This document shows positions 1 through 11,452 of a DNA stretch of 64,000 bases, in pieces (the stretch's first letter is position 1; every line of letters begins with the position of its first letter). The position numbers and the translations under genes are program-made. The notes beneath the pieces were generated by a model that saw nothing but the letters and a program-made list of their open reading frames with translations, was not told where the DNA came from and searched no databases. This DNA is from Obrimoposthia wandeli (taxonomy: Eukaryota): NCBI GenBank assembly GCA_977020255.1, contig CDROCS010006770.1, positions 1 to 64,000 on the forward strand. The letters are read 5' to 3'.

Positions 1-717
1 CGTATCGATGCCCGCTGGCATTGAAACTACAGCCTGCTCAACGTGAATTTTTTCTCCATGCCACAATGCTCTTAGCTGTTCAAGACTTTCCGTCTGCTCA
101 ACAGCCGCGCTGGGCCAAGTGACATATTTATTAAGCAACATTACTTTATAGGCATAAATACCGATATGGCGCTGCCAGGGAAACCCCTGGGGCATTTGTG
201 CTTGAGAATGAGCAAACTGATCGCGCGGCCAAGGAATCGGAGCACGGCTAAAGTACATTGCCATACCGTTGATATCGCAGAGCACCTTTACTGTATTCGG
301 GTCTAGTAATTGCTCCACCTGCTCAATAGGCTCACTCAAGGTTGCTATTGCTGCTTGCGTATTATTCGCTAAATTAGCAGCCACTTGATTAATCAATTGA
401 GGGGGAATCATTGGCTCATCACCCTGTACATTGACTACTATCTCATCCTCAGCAAAGCCAGAGATTTCAGCTACTTCTTGTAGCCTGTCAGTGCCTGAAA
501 CATGATCCGCTCGTGTCATGCACACTTCACCACCAAACCGCAGCACTTCTTCAGCAATTCGCTGGTCATCCGTCGCCACTAGGACACGCTGAGCGTCACT
601 GCGTATTGCTTGCTCATACACGCGGTGAATCATGGTTTTACCCAAAATATCAATCAGCGGCTTACCCGGAAAGCGTGTTGAGGCAAAGCGCGCAGGAATA
701 ACTATATTAAAAGCCAT
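1..717 (-). CDS. kdsB: 3-deoxy-manno-octulosonate cytidylyltransferase (3' end runs off the window; not in the ORF track)
   Basis: Manual translation from the ATG at 717 gives [37 protein letters not shown]...[11 protein letters not shown], the KdsB signature. The start overlaps the upstream stop (TAATG). Confidence 0.93.
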   Translation of the reverse strand, partial: MAFNIVIPARFASTRFPGKPLIDILGKTMIHRVYEQAIRSDAQRVLVATDDQRIAEEVLRFGGEVCMTRADHVSGTDRLQEVAEISGFAEDEIVVNVQGDEPMIPPQLINQVAANLANNTQAAIATLSEPIEQVEQLLDPNTVKVLCDINGMAMYFSRAPIPWPRDQFAHSQAQMPQGFPWQRHIGIYAYKVMLLNKYVTWPSAAVEQTESLEQLRALWHGEKIHVEQAVVSMPAGIDT

Positions 718-902
718 TACTTCGCTAACCTCTCATCGACCTCTAAGGTTCGTGCTTCTGTCTCCAACATGACGGGAATACCATCGCGTATTGGATATGC
801 CAAACCACTGCTACGGCACACTAATTCACTGCGTTCACGATCCCATTCAACCGGGGCTTTAGATACTGGACAAACCAATATATCAAGTAACTTCTTGTCC
901 AT
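717..902 (-). CDS. ycaR: Trm112-like / UPF0434 protein
   Basis: 61 aa, [11 protein letters not shown]...[14 protein letters not shown], in the canonical position between lpxK and kdsB. Confidence 0.9.
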   Translation of the reverse strand: MDKKLLDILVCPVSKAPVEWDRERSELVCRSSGLAYPIRDGIPVMLETEARTLEVDERLAK

Positions 903-1911
903 GGACTCTCTCTCTCTGTTTAATTTGAATTAATTCTGCGACACGTTCACAGAAATCTTTCTTAAAATGTTCCGTTAACTGTGCATCAATTGACACATAG
1001 TAACTGTTCTTGGGGGCGTATTGCTGACATTTAACCGCATCTTTTTCAGTCATGCACAAAATGTCATCACCGATAGCTGAAAAGTCTCGCGCGGTGTATT
1101 GATAATGATCGCTAAAACTCGTTTCTTTTACCTTTTTCCTTCCGCTGGTGCATTAAAGAAGCGCTGAGGATTTCCTACTCGGCAAACGCAGCAGATTGTG
1201 TACTGTACTGCGCTGCACCATCTGCTTAAACTGCGCTTGATCATAAGACTCATCTCTAGCAAGAGCATGCCAGCGAGTAGGTTGCAGCTGCATCTCATAG
1301 TGACTTGGATATCGCTTCTTAGCACCGCCATTTACCACCGTGAAATCAACACTAGCAAGGCGCCCCTCGCCCTCACGCAACGGCCCAACGGGTATGCAAT
1401 GCCCGTTACCAAGACCACGCTGTCCATCTATTACTGCTATTTCAATATCCCGACCTAACGCGTAATGCTGTAAGCCATCATCACTTAAAATAATGTCGCA
1501 TTGATAGTGTGCTAACAAATGCTTACAAGCGGCAACACGGTTTGGATCGATAACAAAAGGAACGTCAGTACGCTTAACAATCATGACAGGCTCATCACCG
1601 CATATCTGAGGCACATCATTGCTTGTCACTATTCTGGGATAAACGTCAACGTTAGAACCATAACCTCGACTGACAACTCCTGGATTGTAGCCAGATTCAC
1701 GTAGCAACTCTATCAAGGTAATCGTCAAAGGGCTTTTTCCAGTACCCCCTAATGTAATGTTACCAACAACGACTAAAGGTACCGGAGGCTGCCACTGATT
1801 GAGCAGCGCTTTTTTACGTTTACGCTTTGCCGCTTCACAATAAAGCCATTCCAATGGACTAAGAACTAGCGCCCAACCAGGTTTTTTTTTGTACCATTGC
1901 CGCTGTAACAT
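883..1911 (-). CDS. lpxK: Tetraacyldisaccharide 4'-kinase, frameshifted around 1130-1210 (probably consensus error)
   Basis: ORF 1153..1911 has [14 protein letters not shown] and [19 protein letters not shown] lies in a second frame. FSDHYQY...MTEKDAVK lies in a third frame that ends at the TGA at 883. Confidence 0.9.
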
Positions 1912-2337
1912 CTATTCACTCTGTTGCTTTAAAGTGGAGATTTTAAGCTGGCTAAACCCGAGCTGACCAGCTACATCCATTGCTGTTACAACATATTGAT
2001 GAGCGGCATTAGCATCCGCTGTGATTACCACCGCAGGCTGCTTACCTTTTTTATCTAAATAGGGGGTCAATGCTGTGCGTAAACTCAATACCGAATTGTT
2101 AATTAAACGCATGCCATCGACACTTAGATTCCCCTGCGCATCAATAACTACCTCAATATCAGCACTTTGAATTGCCGCTAACACCTCACGCTCTGCTTTG
2201 GGCAGGTTAATACCAATCCGGGATTCTTTAGTAAACGTTGTCGATACCATAAAAAAAATCAATAGCAGAAAGACCACATCGATTAGCGGAGTCAGATTAA
2301 CATCGATGTCTTGTCGAGTACGCCTAGCAAACTTCAT
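1912..2337 (-). CDS. exbD: ExbD/TolR family biopolymer transport protein
   Basis: NLTPLIDVVFLLLIFFMVSTTF motif. Confidence 0.9.
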   Translation of the reverse strand: MKFARRTRQDIDVNLTPLIDVVFLLLIFFMVSTTFTKESRIGINLPKAEREVLAAIQSADIEVVIDAQGNLSVDGMRLINNSVLSLRTALTPYLDKKGKQPAVVITADANAAHQYVVTAMDVAGQLGFSQLKISTLKQQSE

Positions 2338-2382
2338 ATCGCACCACCGTTAAGGGGTGATTGAAGTGCGAGATCACTCAGG

Positions 2383-2994
2383 TTATTCATTACTCTCTCC
2401 ATGAATAGTGTCGACTAAACGAACAGCTTGCTGTTCCATTTCAATCACTAAACTATCGACCTTACGATGAAAGTAACGATGAAAGATTAAGGTGGGAATT
2501 GCCACAGCCAAACCTGCCGCTGTGGTAATTAGCGCCTCAGAAATACCGCCGGCAAGTACACTGGCATTACCTGTCCCCTGAATCATAATTTCACTAAAAA
2601 CTTTTATCATGCCTATTACAGTACCCAGCAACCCCAACAATGGTGTAATGGCGGCAATCGTTCCCAATGCTGTCAAATAGCGCTCAAGGTTATGTACAAC
2701 ACTGCCGGCCGTTTCTTGAATGCTCTCTTGCATCCTTTCACGTGATAAATTAGCGCTACTCAAACCCGCAACAACAATAGCGCCTAGAGGACTTTCTTCT
2801 CGCAAATCAAGCATCCTCTCTTGGGTCATTTGATCACTTTTGATCCAAAGCCATACGCTCGACATTAACTCAGGCGGTGCAACTTTAGCGGCTCGCAATA
2901 CCAGCGCTCGCTCCAACACAATAGCCATTGAAAGCACAGAACACGCCACAATCGGCACCATTAACCAACCACCCGACATCAATATCTCTAACAC
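2383..2994 (-). CDS. exbB: MotA/TolQ/ExbB proton channel family protein
   Basis: LGTIAAITPLLGLLGTVIGMI and GISEALITTAAGL motifs; adjacent to exbD. Confidence 0.88.
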   Translation of the reverse strand: MLEILMSGGWLMVPIVACSVLSMAIVLERALVLRAAKVAPPELMSSVWLWIKSDQMTQERMLDLREESPLGAIVVAGLSSANLSRERMQESIQETAGSVVHNLERYLTALGTIAAITPLLGLLGTVIGMIKVFSEIMIQGTGNASVLAGGISEALITTAAGLAVAIPTLIFHRYFHRKVDSLVIEMEQQAVRLVDTIHGESNE

Positions 2995-3481
2995 TTATCT
3001 CTCCTTCAAGGTTTAAACAGCGCCTACACAGCCATCATTGTTAGAGTATTGTGGATATAGACTCCTACTAACGCTAACAATACAATCGCTAAAACAAAGT
3101 GCAAAGTATAGAGTTTTTTCACTTTGCACGCTCGTCTAATCTACTGTTTTACCGCCTATTATTCACTTACTTTACAAGGTTGATCGATAGAAGCCAGCAC
3201 TGCTCAACGCGCCGTAAAATCGTTTAGTTTTTCACCTCAATCCGCATAACCTTTGGTTGCATATATGGTTTTGCAATACGATCTACTCAATTACCCGACA
3301 CTAGAGTTATCGCTATTAAGCTCAACAAGCGGCAGCCCCTATTTTCACTCTGTAATTACAGGAAAGCCTTTCTACCCACATCTTTACGTTAACTCATGAT
3401 CATGGGGTTTTTAAGAGACCTGTTCTACCTTGTTCATGCTAACATTAAAATTATTCTTATCTTTGAGATTGACCTCCTTTT

Positions 3482-4210
3482 ATGACAAACCCCGCCGATC
3501 ATTTTATTGCGCCGCCTTGCTATGATGAAATTGAAGTATTACATCATGACGACGATATTTTAGTGATTAATAAGCCCAGCGGACTGCTGAGCTTGTCAGG
3601 TAAGAATCCTGCAAATTTTGACTCTGTGCACTACCGATTACGTAAGCTATTCCCTCATTGCACTATGATTCATCGATTGGACCTAGGTACATCCGGCATA
3701 ATGCTGCTGGCGCTAAACAAGGCTGCCAATAAAGATCTATGCCAACAATTTAGCGCTCGCCAAGTGAGTAAACGTTACATCGCCCTCTTGAGTGGCATAG
3801 TCAAAAACAATGAGGCTTTGATCGATTTGCCTATTATTAAGGATACATTCCCCCGACATAAGATATTTTCTGCTGAGCACAGTAATAGTTCTGATACCAA
3901 TAAAATAGCCCAAGCAAAACCTGCTCAGAGCTATTATCAGGTTTTGAAGCGAGATACTCATAACAACACCAGCTTAGTGGTATTCCAGCCTATCACCGGC
4001 CGGACCCACCAGCTACGGATCCATAGCCAAGCCATTGGTCATTCTATTTTAGGATGCGATCTTTATGCCGACGCTACGATAGGTGCGGCGGCGCCACGTT
4101 TAATGTTACACGCCAGCGAGCTCAGTTTTCTTCATCCAGTCAGCCGACTATCGATAAACATTCACTGTCCCGCGCCCTTTGCTAACGTCGATCCTTTTAT
4201 TCGATCATAA
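3482..4210 (+). CDS. RluA-family pseudouridine synthase
   Basis: NKPSGLLS, HRLDLGTSG (catalytic Asp) and TGRTHQLRIH motifs. Confidence 0.9.
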   Translation: MTNPADHFIAPPCYDEIEVLHHDDDILVINKPSGLLSLSGKNPANFDSVHYRLRKLFPHCTMIHRLDLGTSGIMLLALNKAANKDLCQQFSARQVSKRYIALLSGIVKNNEALIDLPIIKDTFPRHKIFSAEHSNSSDTNKIAQAKPAQSYYQVLKRDTHNNTSLVVFQPITGRTHQLRIHSQAIGHSILGCDLYADATIGAAAPRLMLHASELSFLHPVSRLSINIHCPAPFANVDPFIRS

Positions 4211-4372
4211 AAGGTCCTTGCATATATTTGCCGCAACACAAATAAAGAATTCAGCACGCCTTCATGTTGTATTGCTACGGAACAGAGAAACATTCTCAGA
4301 GCCCACCATGAAAGGTGTACTTAAATCAGCGAATGTAATCATCTAGTGGGGTCACATACTATACTTGACGTA

Positions 4373-6682
4373 TTATTCCATCATCGCGTGCCAGTACCGT
4401 CGATAATTCTGCCTTCTACTACTAATTTCGCAGCCTCTGACACTGCTATTCACGGTAATCGCGCCCTCTAAATCTGTTCGATGAAGCCTTATCTTTAAAC
4501 GACTCAACCTCTCAAGCACTTTCGGATGTGGATGAGAATATCGGTTATTGTAGCCGCTGCTGGCCAATGCATCGTTAAGATTTAAACGCTTGAGAAACGC
4601 TAACGAACTTGAAGAGTTACTGCCGTGATGACCCAGTAACAAAATTCTATTAATCGATGCTTTATCACTAAACACTATCTTACGCTCAATTCTATTACCC
4701 GCATCCCCTAGCAACAGCACCGAACATCCCTTACTACTTACCTCTAACGCGCAAGAGCGATCGTTGCTTTTCCTATCTGCACGAGTCTGAGGATGTCGAT
4801 AACTAAAATCCACCCCGTTCCACTGCCAACTTTCAAGACTTTCACAGCTTTGAGCGCTGTCATTAAGCCGCTCGGGCATTCCACTGTGTATCTGCTTTAT
4901 TGCAATCGCATCTGATAACGCCTCCACCCCTCCGGCATGATCGTTATCTGCATGACTCACTACCAGTAAATCCACTACCTTTATCTGTCGCTGTCGCAAA
5001 TATGGCTCGACCACCGCGTCGACATAGCTAAAACCTGAGGAAAAAGCAGCACCAGTATCAAACAGTAGTGTCTTCTCTCTTGTGTGCACTGCTACTGCAA
5101 GCCCCTGACCCACATCGAATAACTGTAATGAAAATTGACCGACCGCTAACTTTTCTTCCATTTTAGGCTGTAGCAGTAAACAGCCGGTTACAATTAAAGC
5201 TATTTTTATCACTCTCGAAATAGGTAACAACAAGAGCACGCAGCACAGCGCTGTCGCAAATACATTTAAAACAGGTAATATCGCCACATCGATAACAAGA
5301 TACTCACCATATTGAGAAACTAACTTTAAAAACCACCAAAAGCCATCCAATAAACTTGCACTAAACTGCAAAGGCCATTCAACATGAAAATAAGAAAGTA
5401 ATAACACCGGCGTAAGCAACGCGAGAAAGAAACCCATCAACGGTATTGCTATCATGTTAATAAAGGGTGAAAGCAGCGAAAGCTGCTGAAAATAACCGAT
5501 CATCAAAGGGAGCAGTGCCAACCATACCCATAACTGAGTACGCAGCAAAAGCCAATATTTCACGCCACTGCGTCTAAGCCCTCCTAAAGATATTAGAGCG
5601 GCTACCGCAATGAACGACATCCAAAGCCCTGGTGATAACACACTCAATGGCTGTAACGTGACGATGACGCACAATGCCATCCACCAACGCTGCCACCAGT
5701 TATATTGTAATATTCCTCTTTGACCAATGAGCATGATCAGCGCCATCAACCATGCCCGCTGTGTCGACAGACCAGCACCTGCTAATTGCAAATAGATAAA
5801 GCTTATTATCAAGGCACCAATAAGCGCTGTATCACTACGACAAGAAGCACAGCCAAAATACCGCGCACAATGGATCAATGTGATGAAAAACCACCAGCTC
5901 AAACCGGTTACAATTGCTATGTGCAGGCCACTCACCACCAAGAGGTGGACCGTTCCTGTAACGCGTAACGTTTGCCATTGCGATTCACTCAAGGCACTCT
6001 TATCGCCAATTAACAATGCCTGTAACGTCGCGGTGACTTGTGCTGATAATTTTTTTTCTAACAGCCAGTACCTAATGCGCTCTCGCCAAGCTGAAAAAGT
6101 CAGTCGCCACCCCAAGTGCTGCTCTATTCTTTTGACATAACCACTGGCATCTATATCGTTCTGCAAAGCCCAAAGCGTCAGATCAAAGCCTCGCTCATTA
6201 ACGTTACCTCTGGGTGTTTTTAATTTTGCAACGACACGCAGCACCTCACCAGCACGATAATGTTGCTGCTGACGATAGTCACTTAGCTGAACTTTATTCA
6301 TTCTCATTACAACATCGCCACATCTAGACCAATCCAAGGTTAGCTCGAAGCGATGATAACTCATTGTATTTATTGGCAGTCCACTAACCACTCCTTGCAA
6401 CACACATATTCGGTTACTGCGCGTATCATCAAATCGTTGACTAAGCTGATACTGTCCCTGCAGTAATGCGAGTGATAGGCCCAAAGAAAATAACAGCACA
6501 CTTTTGACATACCCTAAGGCCGGTACACTTGTTGCCATATTCGTTACTAAAATCAACAGCAATACACACAGTAATAAACCAATTACCAGCCAAGTATTAG
6601 CGGGCATGTTCGAAAAAAAAGCGGCAGCCACGACCCCTGTTACATAGCTTGGCATTTCACCTCCTCTCGAACGTTTATTCAC
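4373..6682 (-). CDS. comEC: DNA internalization competence protein ComEC/Rec2
   Basis: GTVHLLVVSGLHIA competence domain, plus a C-terminal beta-lactamase fold (DVGQGL, SHADNDHAGG, GHHGS, YNNRYSHPH). Confidence 0.93.
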   Translation of the reverse strand: MNKRSRGGEMPSYVTGVVAAAFFSNMPANTWLVIGLLLCVLLLILVTNMATSVPALGYVKSVLLFSLGLSLALLQGQYQLSQRFDDTRSNRICVLQGVVSGLPINTMSYHRFELTLDWSRCGDVVMRMNKVQLSDYRQQQHYRAGEVLRVVAKLKTPRGNVNERGFDLTLWALQNDIDASGYVKRIEQHLGWRLTFSAWRERIRYWLLEKKLSAQVTATLQALLIGDKSALSESQWQTLRVTGTVHLLVVSGLHIAIVTGLSWWFFITLIHCARYFGCASCRSDTALIGALIISFIYLQLAGAGLSTQRAWLMALIMLIGQRGILQYNWWQRWWMALCVIVTLQPLSVLSPGLWMSFIAVAALISLGGLRRSGVKYWLLLRTQLWVWLALLPLMIGYFQQLSLLSPFINMIAIPLMGFFLALLTPVLLLSYFHVEWPLQFSASLLDGFWWFLKLVSQYGEYLVIDVAILPVLNVFATALCCVLLLLPISRVIKIALIVTGCLLLQPKMEEKLAVGQFSLQLFDVGQGLAVAVHTREKTLLFDTGAAFSSGFSYVDAVVEPYLRQRQIKVVDLLVVSHADNDHAGGVEALSDAIAIKQIHSGMPERLNDSAQSCESLESWQWNGVDFSYRHPQTRADRKSNDRSCALEVSSKGCSVLLLGDAGNRIERKIVFSDKASINRILLLGHHGSNSSSSLAFLKRLNLNDALASSGYNNRYSHPHPKVLERLSRLKIRLHRTDLEGAITVNSSVRGCEISSRRQNYRRYWHAMME

Positions 6683-6738
6683 AGATTTAACGCACTGCTT
6701 ATTATGAGTACTTCATTGTTTAGCAGATCAAATCGGCT

Positions 6739-6905
6739 CTAGGAGCTTGTCGAACTTGGCCTATCATCGTGAGAAAAATAAGGTTTGAGGCAGAATTTTT
6801 GATCTTTTGAGGAGAATAGCCGGCTATTCAACGATAAAGAACGGTAAACATGACAAAGTTCTGAATCTTCGCAGTAGATTATTGGTAAGTTCGACAAGCT
6901 CCTAG
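6739..6905. mobile_element. MITE-like palindromic repeat, copy 1
   Basis: Perfect 19-bp terminal inverted repeats ctaggagcttgtcgaactt / aagttcgacaagctcctag with CTAG at both ends. Central palindrome gaatagccggctattc. Colinear with the copy at 40793. Confidence 0.8.
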
Positions 6906-7261
6906 CTGTTAACGTTAACCTAGCCCACTGTTCATCCTAATTTGAGAGCAATTGAAGTGTAAGATATTGTGCCGTATAGGAAATCGGATTATTTGATTAC
7001 TGGTAATGAAAACATTTAGTCATTTGAAGTTGAGCTAAAATTACACGTCGCTTGGGCCCTAAATTTAACCAAAACTTCATCAAGCGCAAACTAAAGGGTA
7101 TTACAAGCTTAACAAAATCAAGCTACCAACTAAGGTTTTCAGATTAAATTAAGATTAATACTCGCTTCCGTATTTTTTTTACAAATCCTTATTTATTGTT
7201 TGGTCAAACTTATTATCAAGTGCATAATGCAAAGCTACGTTTTTAGAATGACCTTATATCA

Positions 7262-7771
7262 ATGCCACGCAAGTTTATCAGAAAGTACATGCCCAGCGAG
7301 CAAAGCTTGAGGGAGAACCCGCGGCTAAAATGGCTAGGAAGGCATTTACACAACCCACAACTGTGGCAGTTGACAAGACGTACGGTAGCTAAGGCATTCT
7401 TAGCGGGTATATTTTGTGCTTTTTTACCTATTCCAATGCAAATGGTTGTTGCCGCATTTTTTGCTGTGCTGATTAGCGCTAATTTACCGATTGCTGTTGG
7501 CCTAGTATGGATTACCAACCCGTTAACGATGCCACCCATTTTTTACTTCAGTTATAAAGTCGGAGTGATGTTGCTGGGACATTCTGATAGCGGCATCCCA
7601 ATGAGCTTTAATTACCATTACATTACCTCCGAAATAGCTTCCATCTGGTGGCCACTACTCACAGGCTCAATCGTCTGTGGTACTATTTTCTCTGTGCTGA
7701 GTTATGTACTGGTCAATTTACTATGGATTTGGCAGGTCAAAACGAGCTGGCGGCGCAGACATCGTAAATAG
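7262..7771 (+). CDS. DUF2062 family membrane protein
   Basis: GIFCAFLPIPMQM...VWITNPLTMPP pattern; usual neighbour of comEC. Confidence 0.85.
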   Translation: MPRKFIRKYMPSEQSLRENPRLKWLGRHLHNPQLWQLTRRTVAKAFLAGIFCAFLPIPMQMVVAAFFAVLISANLPIAVGLVWITNPLTMPPIFYFSYKVGVMLLGHSDSGIPMSFNYHYITSEIASIWWPLLTGSIVCGTIFSVLSYVLVNLLWIWQVKTSWRRRHRK

Positions 7772-8422
7772 AACTCCTAAATTAGCCTCTATGTTGATCT
7801 GTATATAAAGCAGTCAACACTCCAATCCTTATAGAAAACCTTCGCTTTTCCTCTATCCTTAGCGGGCTTCTTTTTCGACCTTATTAGATAATGCGTTTCA
7901 GCATTTAAATTTAAGACCCATTCTTTTGATGAATTAATCTATATAGCAATCTGGTCAAAGGCCATTAAGAATATCGTATGTAATATGCTGAATAAGGAGA
8001 AATTTATTTGTAACCACTTAGCCTTCTCTTCAATGTAGGTTTATCATTATAAATACGTTACTTTTAAATTAAGGACCAATGGTATTTGTTTATGCTTTAG
8101 TCCAATACAGTCGCCAAAGATACAGCCTTGGCATCTTGGGGATAAATTGAAATATGGGATGTTCGATTTTTAGGGCCTCATGACCCTATGAAGATAGATG
8201 CGTCAATTTATGATTGGTACCTGAGAAAAAACACTCTGTACTATAGAAAGTCATTCATCGACCAAGAAAAATACTGAACTGAATAAGCGGTCTCAGTTGC
8301 ACTTGACATAGTAATCTCTTCAATTTATAAATATGCTAGAAAAATAGCTCATAAATGACTCATAATGATAGAAAGCTCTAGGCCCATAAACCTAAACTGG
8401 ATATGTATGGAGGGTAATATAC

Positions 8423-8788
8423 GTGAGAAAAACAAGCGAGATAATTTGGCAAGACACCCAACACCAAACTTTATTTGAGCTCATCGATCAACTTAAGAAT
8501 GTAGAATCAAGTATGGGGATTTTTAATAAGCTGAATGACTATGCTGAATCCCATTTTGCACTAGAAGAAAGTTATATGCGGAAACTTAATTACCCTCGTA
8601 CTGAAGAGCATATCAGAGCACATAACAAATTCAGAGAAGAACTAGAGACCATGACACTTGATCAGCATACATTTGATGAGCAAGTCAGAGAATCGATCTC
8701 TATATTCCTGCGCGAATGGCTTACTCGGCACATTTTCGGTATCGATAAAGATTTTGAGGCTTTCGTTTTAAAATCTGACTATAAATAG
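8423..8788 (+). CDS. Single-domain bacteriohemerythrin
   Basis: Di-iron ligand pattern QHQTLF, SHFALEESYM, EEHIRAHNKF, WLTRHIFGID. Confidence 0.88.
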   Translation: MRKTSEIIWQDTQHQTLFELIDQLKNVESSMGIFNKLNDYAESHFALEESYMRKLNYPRTEEHIRAHNKFREELETMTLDQHTFDEQVRESISIFLREWLTRHIFGIDKDFEAFVLKSDYK

Positions 8789-8858
8789 ATATTAATCAAT
8801 ATAAACAATAATTTAAAGTACTTTTAATAGTAAAGCTTATTACACACAATTGTGTACT

Positions 8859-9557
8859 TTATGGTTGTTTTTTCGTATTGGCTGAATCCGTCATCGAACC
8901 ATCTTTAAGCGTTAAAATTCGATCCATTCGCTGCGCTAATCTTTCATCATGAGTCACAACGACAAAGGATATAGATAACTGCTTATTGAGCTGATCCATC
9001 AATTGCTGAATTTCACCAGCGTTCTGGCTATCTAAGTTCCCTGTGGGTTCATCCATTAGTACGCAGGCAGGCTCTGCCACTAAAGCTCTCGCAATGGCCA
9101 CTCGTTGCCGCTCACCACCACTGAGCTGCGCTGGTTTATGACTAATACGTTCAGCCAGCCCCACTGCTTCTAAGAGTGCTTTGGATCGTTGTATTACTTC
9201 ACTTTTTTTCACCCCACTCAATAAAAGGGGCATGGCGACATTTTCCAATGCATCGAACTCAGGCAGCAAGTGGTGAAACTGATATACAAAACCAAGCTGA
9301 CGGTTACGAATCGCCGTGCGCTTGCGTTCATTCACTTGATATAGTGATTCACCACCAATTTCAACCAAACCGCTATTAGGCGCTTCCAAACCACCAAGCG
9401 TATTGAGCAATGTTGTCTTGCCTGACCCTGATGACCCGACAATAGCTACCCGCTCACCTCTGGCGATACGAAAACTAATATCATTCAAAACCTGTAATTT
9501 ATTACCCGCCTCTTCGAAATAGCGAAAGACGTTTTGACACACCAAAATATCACTCAT
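8859..9557 (-). CDS. lolD: Lipoprotein-releasing ABC transporter ATPase
   Basis: [24 protein letters not shown] and MDEPTGNLD motifs; follows a lolC/E gene. Confidence 0.92.
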   Translation of the reverse strand: MSDILVCQNVFRYFEEAGNKLQVLNDISFRIARGERVAIVGSSGSGKTTLLNTLGGLEAPNSGLVEIGGESLYQVNERKRTAIRNRQLGFVYQFHHLLPEFDALENVAMPLLLSGVKKSEVIQRSKALLEAVGLAERISHKPAQLSGGERQRVAIARALVAEPACVLMDEPTGNLDSQNAGEIQQLMDQLNKQLSISFVVVTHDERLAQRMDRILTLKDGSMTDSANTKKQP

Positions 9558-10768
9558 AGCGTAGCGCCTCCGCTGGCTCGGTTTTCGATGCTTTGTAAGC
9601 TGGATATAACGTTGCTAGAAAACTAATCGACAGTGCAACACAAACAATAACGACCACATCATCCCATATCAACTGTGAAGGTAAGTCGCTAATAAGGCCA
9701 GAACGCTCCAGCACTGAGAGTGAATGCCGAAGCATTCGCTCTATAAAAAGGGAGATCACATCACGCTGATTTGATGTGCTAAAACAACACCGAGAGCGGT
9801 CCCTAGTGCCGTACCCAAAAGACCTATCACCGCCCCTTGAACCATAAATATTCGCATAATCATGCCTTGGGTAGCACCGAGCGTTCGCAGTATCGCGATA
9901 TCTGATTTTTTATCGGTAACGACCATGACCAACGTTGATACGATGTTAAAAGCGGCAACAAATACGATCAAAAACAATAGTAAGCCAACCATACGTTTTT
10001 CCATCTGTATCGCTTGAAATAAATTCCCCTGAGTACGCGTCCAATCCGATATTTGGAACAAGCCATCTAACTGCTGTGCAATACTTCGTACTGCCTGCGG
10101 CGCTTCAAATAAATCATTAAAGGTGAGGCGGATACCATCGACACCCGTCAGTCGCTTCAGGCGTGCAGCATCTGCAATGTGAATATAAGCGAGGGAGCTA
10201 TCCAGTTCTGCCCCTACTGAGAAGGTAGCTACCACAGTGAATCGTTTGAGCCGCGGCGTAACACCGGCTATATTAACCGATGCCTCGGGCAACACTAGTG
10301 ACTATCGCACGACGCTTCCAGAAGACCGTGCTGGCAGTGCCGGTACTATACTAAAAGTACCTTGGGCGCAGTACATAGCTTCGGTAACATCGTATCTAAG
10401 CGACAATAGACACCAAATTTTTCACTTCAGGGTCTATCCACTTTTTAATGCCATTAACTCGACGCGCAATTCAACATTCCTTCAGCCTTAATAAAAGGTG
10501 CACTGGCAATAACACGTGGGTCTTGCTCAATCATTACGGCGGCTTTCGCCGTCATATCCAGTGATCGTTTGCGTGGCTTTCGCCAGTCTGCGCCGCGCAA
10601 TTCATGATCGCTTAAGGCTAATACTTAGGCAATATTTAAGCAATTGGGCGGCGACACTGTAACATCAACTGAAAGCATAGACACTAAAGAGATGAACGAA
10701 ATAAAATGATTGTTACGTTTAGCGGCAGTATAACGCAGGCCAACGTAGAGAGAGAATGGTTTAAACAT
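9550..10768 (-). CDS. Lipoprotein-releasing ABC permease (LolC/E/F type), multiply frameshifted
   Basis: Starts [31 protein letters not shown] at 10768. The middle ORF has [26 protein letters not shown]. The C-terminus is [20 protein letters not shown]. Indels lie between about 10300 and 10680 and near 9760. Confidence 0.88.
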
Positions 10769-10902
10769 AGGCCGGAATTAGAACACAAAGGGGGGCTGAA
10801 CTCTATTTAAATTATTATAAACTCGTGTAAAAATCATAGCCTTAAGCGATGATATAAAACATGTAACGCTCATTGAAAACTGAAAACATATCAGGAGAGA
10901 AG

Positions 10903-11451
10903 ATGGATATAATGGCGCAATTTACCCTGTTAGCTCAATACAACAGAACACAAAACAAAGCGCTTTATCACAGCTGCTCGCTATTAAGTGGGGAGCAACG
11001 TAAACAAGCTGTCGGTCTTTTTTTTAACTCCATAGAGCAAACACTCAACCACATCTTCGTTGGTGATATTCTTTGGTTACGCCGTTTTAATCAAACCATA
11101 GAGAACCTGGAAACATGTGAATACTTAAACATGTTACACCTAGGTAATCCTACTAAGCAGATCGGTTAGGTTTTTGCAATTCAGGCAGAGCTTCACAATC
11201 AACGTGACAAAATGGATACATCCCTCTATCACTTCGTCACCACAATGACAGCATTACAATGCCAGTCAAACTGCCACTATCACAATACTCAAGGTGTTTC
11301 TTTTACCAAACCTCTCAACGCGCTACTACTGCACTTGTTCAATCACCAAACCCATCATCGCGGTCAAATTAACGCCGCATTGACCCAATTAGGTGTCATC
11401 TGTGCACCCTCTGATTTACTACTCTTGATAGATGATATAGATATACCTTGA
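10903..11451 (+). pseudogene. DinB/YfiT family protein with one in-frame TAG at 11167-11169
   Basis: SIEQTLNHIFVGDILWLRRF and HLFNHQTHHRGQI lie in the same frame on either side of a single TAG. SD aggaga precedes the ATG at 10903. Confidence 0.8.
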
Positions 11452-11452
11452 A

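Noticed and set aside
1128-1911. Programmed frameshifting or phase variation in lpxK
   Set aside because: At least two frame changes with scrambled codons and no clean slippery site or repeat tract. The same noise pattern occurs in several neighbouring genes.
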